From the human T2T-CHM13v2.0 reference genome, Homo sapiens, in assembly GCF_009914755.1 (NCBI RefSeq), contig NC_060935.1: 64,000 nt of DNA, one strand, 5' to 3'. This document shows, one piece after another, positions 16,101 through 25,100 of this stretch (the stretch's first letter is position 1; each line of letters opens with the position of its first letter). A model generated the notes under the pieces. The model saw only the letters and a program-made list of their open reading frames with translations. It was not told where the DNA came from and ran no database searches. Made by a program: the position numbers and the translations under genes.

Positions 16101-19100
16101 ATCCACATCTGGGGCATTAATATCCACTTTGGGGCCTTTAATATCCAAGTCAGGAACTTGCATGTCACCTTCCACTTTTGGCAGAGACACATCCATATCA
16201 CCCTTCACTTTGGGTCCTTTCAGGTTAAGATCAATGTCAGGCATGGAGATCTTGGGGGCTTTGATGTTCATCTCAGGCATCTTGAATTTGGGACCTTTCA
16301 ACTTTCCCTCTGGGCCTTCGATATTCACATCTGGAACATCAATGTCCACCTTGGGTCCTGAGACATCAAGGTCAGCCTTGGGCAGGTTCACATCCACATC
16401 TGGGCCCTCTCCTTTGAAGCCAGGCATGCTGAACTTGGGCATTTTCACCTTGGGCATCTTCAGGTGCCAGTCTGGGCCTTGAACATCAACATCTGGAGCA
16501 TTAATGTCCACTTTGGGGCCCTTGATGTCAACTTCAGGACCCTTGAGGTCACCTTCCATTTTGGGCAGAGAAACATCCACATCGCCCTTGACTTTGGGGC
16601 CCTTCAGGTTTAAATCAATGTCAGGCATCGATATTTTGGGAGCCTTCAGGTGCATCTCTGGTATCTTAAATTTGGGTCCCTTGAATTTACCCTCTGAGCC
16701 TTCGATGTTAATGTCAGGAGTGTCAATGTCCACTTTGGGGCCCTTGATGTCCACCTCAGGGCCTTTTAGATCACCTTCCACTTTGGGCAAAGACACAACC
16801 ACATCACCCTTCATTTTGGGTCCCTTCAAGTTCAGGTCAAAGTCAGGCATGGAGATCTTGGGGGCTTTGATGTTCATCTCAGGCATCTTGAACTTGGGGC
16901 CCTTCAGCTTTGCATCTGGACCTTCAATATTCACGTCTGGAACATCAACGTCTACATTGGGACCAGAAATGTCAATGTCAGCTTTAGGGAGGGTAACATC
17001 GACTTCAGGGCCTTCTCCTTTGAAGCCAGGCATGCTGAACTTGGGCATTTTCACTTTGGGCATCTTCAGATGCCAGTCTGGACCATGAACATCCACATCT
17101 GGGGCATTGATGTCCACTTTAGGGCCTTTGATATCAACCTCTGGCCCTTTCAGATCCCCTTCAAGTTTGGGAAGAGAAATATCCACATCACCTTTCACCT
17201 TGGGGCCTTTCAAGTTTAAGTCAATGTCAGGCATGGAGATCTTGGGAGCTTTGATATTCATGTCAGGCATCTTGAATTTGGGACCTTTCAAGCCTCCCTC
17301 CGGACCTTCCACATTGAGATCTGGGCCCTCAATGTTCATACTTGGGCCCTCTATGTTGATGTCTCCTTTTGGTAGATCCACAGCTACATCTGGCCCTTCT
17401 GCTTTTAAGCCAGACACACTGAATTTGGGCATTTTCATCTTGGGCATTTTCAGATTCCAGTCTGGACCATGAACATCCACATCAGGTGCATTAAGATTGA
17501 CTTCTGGTGCCTTAATATCCACTTTGGGGCCTTTAAAGTCACCTTCTAAATTGGGACCTGCAATATCTAAGTCTCCTTTGACTTTGGGACTTTTCAAATT
17601 TAGCTCCACGTCAGGCATAGAAACTTTGGGAGATGAAATACTCAGGAAAGGCATTTTAAACTTGGATCCTTTCACTTTTCCTTGGACCTCGACATCAGGA
17701 GCATTAATATCAACTTTTGGACCTGTTATGTCAATATCTGGCTTTTTACCTTTGACATCCACTTCAGGTGTCTGAACTTTAGAGCCCGAAAAATTAAATT
17801 TGGGAAGCTTAAAACGAGATTTCTTTGACTTGCCTTCGATATTAAGCTTAGGACCGGAAACGTCCACTTCTGGGCCCTTTATATCCAAACTGGGAGCTTT
17901 AATGTCACCTTCCAACTTGGGCCCAGAGACATCAACATCTCCCTTAAGCTTTGAGCCTTTCAAATTCAAGTCAATTTCTGGCATGGAGATCTTGGGCATG
18001 TTTACATGCATGTCAGGCATCTTCAGTTTTGGACCTTTTAATTTGGCATCTGGGCCATGAATGTCAATATCTGGAGCATCTACATCTATCTTTGGGCCTT
18101 TTATGTCAAGAGCAGGTCCTTTCAAATCACCTTCTACATTTGCAAGTGAAACATCCACCTCTCCTTTCATTTTAGGGCCTTTAAGATTGAGGTCCAAATC
18201 AGGCATTGATATTTTAGGAGCTTTGATGTTCATCTCTGGCATCTTGAATTTAGGGCCCTTCAGTTTCGCATCTGGACCTTCAATATTCACATCTGGAACA
18301 TCAACGTCCACCTTGGGTCCTGAGACGTCAAGGTCAGCCTTGGGCAGGTTCACGTCCACTTCTGGACCTTCTCCTTTGAAGCCAGGCATGCTGATCTTGG
18401 GCATTTTTATTTTAGGCATCTTCAGGTGCCAGTCTGGGCCTTGAACATCCACATCTGGGGCATTAATATCCACTTTGGGGCCTTTAATATCCACGTCAGG
18501 AACTTTCATGTCACCTTCCACTTTTGGCAGAGACACATCCATGTCACCCTTCACTTTGGGACCTTTCAGGTTAAGATCAATGTCAGGCATGGAGATCTTG
18601 GGGGCTTTGATGTTCATCTCAGGCATTTTGAATTTGGGACCTTTCAACTTTCCCTCTGGGCCTTCGATATTCACATCTGGAACATCAATGTCCACCTTGG
18701 GTCCTGAGACATCAAGGTCAGCCTTGGGCAGGTTCACATCCACATCTGGGCCCTCTCCTTTGAAGCCAGGCATGCTGAATTTGGGCATTTTCACTTTGGG
18801 CATTTTTAGGTGCCAGTCTGGGCCTTGAACGCCCACATCCGGGACATCAATGTCCACTTTGGGACCCCTGATGTCAACTTCAGGGCCCTTGAGGTCACCT
18901 TCCACTTTGGGCAGAGAAATATCCACATCGCCCTTCACCTTGGGACCTTTCAGATGCAAATCAAAGTCAGGCATGGGGATCTTGGGGGCTTTGATATTCA
19001 TCTCTGGCATCTTGAACTTGGGCCCTTTCAACTTTCCCTCTGGTCCTTCAATGTTAACATCAGGGCCTTCAACGTCCACTTTGGGGCCTGAGACATCAAC

Positions 19101-22100
19101 GTCAGCCTTGGGCAGGTTCACATCCACTTCAGGGCCCTCTGCTTTGAAGCCAGGCATGCTGAACTTGGGCATTTTCATCTTGGGCATCTTCAGGTGCCAG
19201 TCTGGACCCTGAACATTAACATCTGGGACATCAATGTCCACTTTGGGGCCTTTGAGGTCAACTTCAGGACCTTTCAGATCTCCCTCTACCTTAGGGCCTG
19301 TAACATCCACATCTCCTTTTATTTTTGGACCTGTGAGATTCAGGTCAATATCTGGCATGGATATCTTTGGAGTCTTAAAATGCATCTCTGGCATCTTAAA
19401 CTTTGGACTTTTCCACTTTCCTTCAGGTCCTTCGATATTCACATCGGGACATTCAACATCCACTTTCGGTCCTGAGACATCAATGTCAGCCTTGGGCAGG
19501 TTCACGTCCACATCTGGACCTTCTCCTTTGAAGCCAGGCATGCTGATCTTGGGCATTTTTATCTTGGGCATCTTTAGGTGCCAGTCTGGGCCATGAACAT
19601 CAACATCAGGTGCGTCAATGTCCACTTTTGGGCCCTTGATGTCAACTTCTGGGCCCTTGAGGTCACCTTCCACTTTAGGAAGGGAAACATCCACATCACC
19701 CTTCACTTTGGGTCCTTTCAGGTTTAAGTCAATATCAGGCATGGAGATCTTGGGGGCTTTGATATTCATCTCTGGCATCTTGAACTTAGGCCCTTTCAAC
19801 TTTCCCTCTGGTCCTTCAATGTTAACATCAGGGCCTTCAATGTCCACTTTGGGTCCTGAGACATCAATGTCAGCCTTGGGCAGCTTCACATCCCCATCTG
19901 GGCCCTCTCCTTTGAAGCCAGGCATACTGAACTTTGGCATTTTCACCTTGGGCATCTTCAGGTGCCAGTCTGGGCCTTGAACACCCACATCTGGGGCATT
20001 AATATCCACTTTGGGCCCCTTGATGTCAACTTCGGGGCCCTTGAGGTCACCTTCCACTTTGGGCAGAGAAACATCCACATCGCCCTTCACCTTGGGACCT
20101 TTCAGATGCAAATCAAAGTCAGGCATGGAGATCTTGGGGGCTTTGATGTTCATCTCTGGCATCTTTAACTTAGGCCCTTTCAACTTTCCCTCTGGTCCTT
20201 CAATATTAACATCAGGGCCTTCAATGTCCACCTTGGGTCCTGAGATGTCAACGTCAGCCTTAGGCAAGTTGACGTCTACTTCAGGGCCCTCTGCTTTGAA
20301 GCCAGGCATGCTGAACTTGGGCATTTTCATCTTGGGCATCTTCAGGTGCCAGTCTGGAGCTTGGACATCGGGGGCATTTACATCAACTTTGGGGCCCCTG
20401 ATGTTCATATCTGGTACTTCAAGTTTACCTTCTACCTCAGGCACAGACACATCCACATCCCCCTTGATTTTGGGTCCTTTGAGATTTAGATCAACATCAG
20501 GCATAGAAATATTGGGGGCTTTGAAATGCATATCAGGCATCTTGAACTTAGGGCCTTTCAATTTGCCCTCTGGTCCCTCAATGTCAATGTCTGGCCCACT
20601 GACATCCACATGTGGCCCTTTAAGGTCCCCTTCCAATTTGGGAACATCTACATCCACCTCTCCTTTTGCCTTGGGGCTCTTCAAGTGTAGATCGAGGTCT
20701 GGCATAGAGATTTTGGGAGCTTTAAAGTGCATATCTGGCATCTTGAACTTAGGAGTTTTCCACTTGCCATTTGGGCCTTCCACAGCTACTTCTGGCATGT
20801 CAGCATCTAATTTGGGACCTTTGACATCCAATTCTGGACCTTTTAACTCTCCCTCCAGCTTTGGGGCAGAAACATCAACATCTCCTTTGATTTTGGGTCC
20901 CTTTAAATTGAAATCAACATCAGGCATGGAGATCTTGGGGGTCTTGAAGTGCATCTCAGGCATCTTAAACTTGGGGCCCTTCAGCTTCCCTTCTGGACCT
21001 TCAAGGCTCACATCTGGGACTTCAACATCCACCTTGGGTCCTGAGACATCAACGTCAGCCTTGGGCAAGTTCACATCCACTTCTGGGCCCTCTCCTTTGA
21101 AGCCAGGCATGCTGAACTTGGGCATTTTCATCTTAGGCATCTTCAGGTGCCAGTCTGGGCCATGAACATCCACATCTGGGGCATCAATGTCCACTTTGGG
21201 CCCTCTGATGTCAACATCTGGCACTTTCATTTCACCTTCTACCTTGGGAACAGACACATCCATATCCCCTTTGACTTTGGGGCCTTTCAAGTTTAAGTTC
21301 ACATCAGGCATGGAGATCTTGGGGGTCTTGAAGTGCATCTCAGGCATCTTAAACTTGGGCCCTTTCAACTTTGCATCAGGACACTCCAGCTCAACATCAG
21401 GCACCTCCACATCCACACTGGGGCCTGTTAAATCTCCCTCCAATTTTGGCAAAGACACATCCACATCCCCTTTGACTTTGGGGCCTTTCAAGTGTAAGTC
21501 CACATCAGGCATGGAGATCTTGGGGGCCTTGAAGTGCATCTCAGGCATCTTAAGCTTGGGGCCCTTCAGCTTCCCTTCTGGACCTTCAAGGCTCACATCT
21601 GGGACTTCAACATCCACCTTGGGTCCTGAGACAACAACATCAGCCTTGGGCAAGTTCACATCCACTTCTGGGCCCTCTGCTTTGAAGCCAGGCATGCTGA
21701 ACTTGGGCATTTTCATCTTGGGCATCTTCAGGTGCCAGTCTGGGCCATGAACATCCACATCTGGGGCATCAATGTCCATTTTGGGTCCTTTGATGTCAAC
21801 ATCTGGCACTTTCATTTCACCTTCTACCTTGGGCACAGACACATCCATATCCCCTTTGACTTTGGGGCCTTTCAGGTGTAAGTCCACATCAGGCATGGAG
21901 ATCTTGGGGGTCTTGAAGTGCATCTCAGGCATCTTAAACTTGGGCCCTTTCAACTTTGCATCAGGACACTCCAGCTCAACATCAGGCACCTCCACACCCA
22001 CACTGGGACCTGTTAAATCTCCCTCCAATTTTGGCACCGACACATCCACATCCCCTTTGACTTTGGGGCCTTTCAAGTGTAAGTCCACATCAGGCATGGA

Positions 22101-25100
22101 GATCTTGGGGGCCTTGAAGTGCATGTCTGGCATCTTAAATTTAGGGCCTTTCAACTTTGCATCAGGACACTCCAGCTCAACATCAGGCACCTCCACACCC
22201 ACACTGGGGCCTGTTAAATCTCCCTCCAATTTTGGCACCGACACATCCGCATCCCCTTTGACTTTGGGGCCTTTCAGGTGTAAGTCCACATCAGGCATGG
22301 AGATCTTGGGGGCCTTGAAGTGCATCTCAGGCATCTTAAACTTGGGCCCTTTCAACTTTGCATCAGGACACTCCAGATCAACATCGGGCACCTCCGCTTC
22401 CACAAAAGGACCTTTGACATCAACTTGCGGCCCTCTGAGATCACCTTCCAGTTCTGGCACAGAAGCATCTATCTCTCCCTTCAGTTTGGGTCCCTTCAAA
22501 TTCAAGTCCACATCTGGCATGGAGACCTTGGGAGCTTTTATATTCAACTTGGGCATCTTAAATTTGGAGCCTTTCAACTTTCCTTCTGGTCCCTCAATAT
22601 CCAAATCAGGAGCATCAGTGTCCACACTGGGTCCAGACACATCAATGTCAGCCTTTGGCAGATTCACATCCACTTCAGGGCCCTCTGCTTTGAAGCCAGG
22701 CATACTGAACTTGGGCATTTTCATCTTGGGCATTTTCAGGTGCCAATCTGGGTCGTGAACCTCCACATCTGGGGCATCAATGTCCACTTTGGGCCCTTTA
22801 ATGTCAACATCTGGCACTTTCATTTCACCTTCTACCTTGGGCACAGACACATCCATATCCCCTTTGACTTTGGGGCCTTTCAAGTGTAAGTCCACATCGG
22901 GCATGGAGATCTTGGGGGCCTTGAAATGCATCTCAGGCATCTTAAACTTGGGGCCCTTCAACTTCCCTTCTGGACCTTCAATATCAATATCACCAACATT
23001 CACATCCATCTTAGGGGCTTTCACATCAATTTCAGGACCCTTCAAGTCTCCTTCCACTTTGGGAAGGGAAACATCTACATCAGTTTTCAGTTTAGGGGCT
23101 TTCAAATTAAGTCCAACATCAGGCATAGAGATTTTGTGCGTCTGTATATTCATGCTTGGCATCTTGAACTTAGGGCCTTTTAGTTTCCCCTCTGGAGCTT
23201 CAAGATTCACATCTGGAACATCAATGTCCACCTTGGGTCCTGAAACACCAAGGTCAGCCTTGGGCAGGTTCATATCCACCTCTGGGCCCTCTCCTTTAAA
23301 GCCAGGCATGCTGAACTTGGGCATTTTTACCTTGGGCATCTTCAGGTGCCAGTCTGGGCCATGAACCTCCACATCTGGTGCATTAATATCAACTTTGGGG
23401 CCTTTGATGTCAACATCAGGAGCTTTTATCTCTCCTTCTACTTTTGGAACTGTTACATCATAATCTCCTTTCATTTTAGGACCTTTCAAATGCAAACCAA
23501 CATCTGGTATGGATATCTTCTGAGGCTTTATACTCATTTCTGGCATCTTGAATTTGGGACCTTTTAGTTTTGCGTCTGGACCTTCAATATTCACATCTGG
23601 AACTTCAGCATCCATTTTGGGTCCTGAGACATCAACGTCAGCTTTGGGCAGCTTCACATCCACTTCAGGGCCCTCTCCTTTGAAGCCGGGCATGCTGAAC
23701 TTGGGCATTTTCACCTTGGGCATCTTCAGGTGCCAATCTGGGCCATGAACATCCACATCTGGAGCACTAATGTCAACTTTGGGCCCTTTAATGTCAACAT
23801 CTGGCACTTTCATTTCACCTTCTACCTCAGGCAAGGACACATCCACATCTCCCTTCAATTTTGGCCCCTTAAGATTCAGGTCCACATCAGGCATGGAGAT
23901 CTTGGGGGCCTTGAAGTGCATCTCAGGCATCTTAAACTTGGGGCCCTTCAGCTTTCCTTCCGGGCCCTCAAGGCTCACATCTGGGACTTCAACATCCACC
24001 TTGGGTCCTGAGACATCAATGTCAGCCTTGGGCAGGTTCACATCCACTTCTCGGCCCTCTCCTTTGAAGCCAGGCATGCTAAACTTGGGCATTTTCATCT
24101 TGGGCATCTTCAGGTGCCAGTCTGGGCCTTGAACCTCCACATCTGGGGCATCAATGTCCATTTTGGGTCCTTTGATTTCAACATCTGGCACTTTCATTTC
24201 ACCTTCTACCTTGGGCACAGACACATCCACATCCCCTTTGACTTTGGGGCCTTTCAAGTGTAAGTCCACATCAGGCATGGAGATCTTGGGGGTCTTGAAA
24301 TGCATCTCAGGCATCTTAAACTTGGGACCCTTCAGCTTCCCTTCTGGACCTTCGAGGCTCACATCTGGGGCTTCGATGTCCACCTTGGGTCCTGAGACAA
24401 CAACGTCAGCCTTAGGCAAGTTCACATCCACTTCTGGGCCCTCGCCTTTGAGGCTGGGCATGCTGAACTTGGGCATTTTCATCTTGGGTATTTTCAGGCT
24501 CCAGTCCAGGCCTTGGCCTTCCACATCTGGTGCTTTAATATCTACCTTGGGACCTCTGATGTCCACATCTGGAACCTGCATTTCACCCTCTATCTTTGGT
24601 GCAGAGATATCTACATTTCCTTTCATTTTGGGTCCTTTAAGATCCAGGTCAACATCTGGCAAAGACATCTTAGGAGCTCTGAAGTGCATCTCAGGCATCT
24701 TAAACTTCGGGCCTTTCAACTTCCCTTCAGGTCCTTCAAGGCTCAGATCTGGAGCATTAGTATCTACTTTTGGTGCAGAAATGTCCACATTCGCTTTGGA
24801 CAGGTTCACATCAAATTCTGGCCCCTCTCCTTTGAGGCTGGGCATGCTAAATTTGGGCATTTTAATCTTTGGCATCTTCAAGTTCCAGTCAGGACCCTGC
24901 ATTTCAACATCTGGGGCACTGACATCTACTTTTGGGCCTTTCAGGTCCCCTTCCAGCTTTGGCACTGTCATATCATATTCTCCCTTTACTTTAGGACCTT
25001 TCATATGCAAGTCCACATCAGGCATGGAGATCTTGGGGGCCTTGATATTCATCTCTGGCATCTTGAACTTGGGGCCCTTCAGCTTTCCTTCAGGTCCTTC

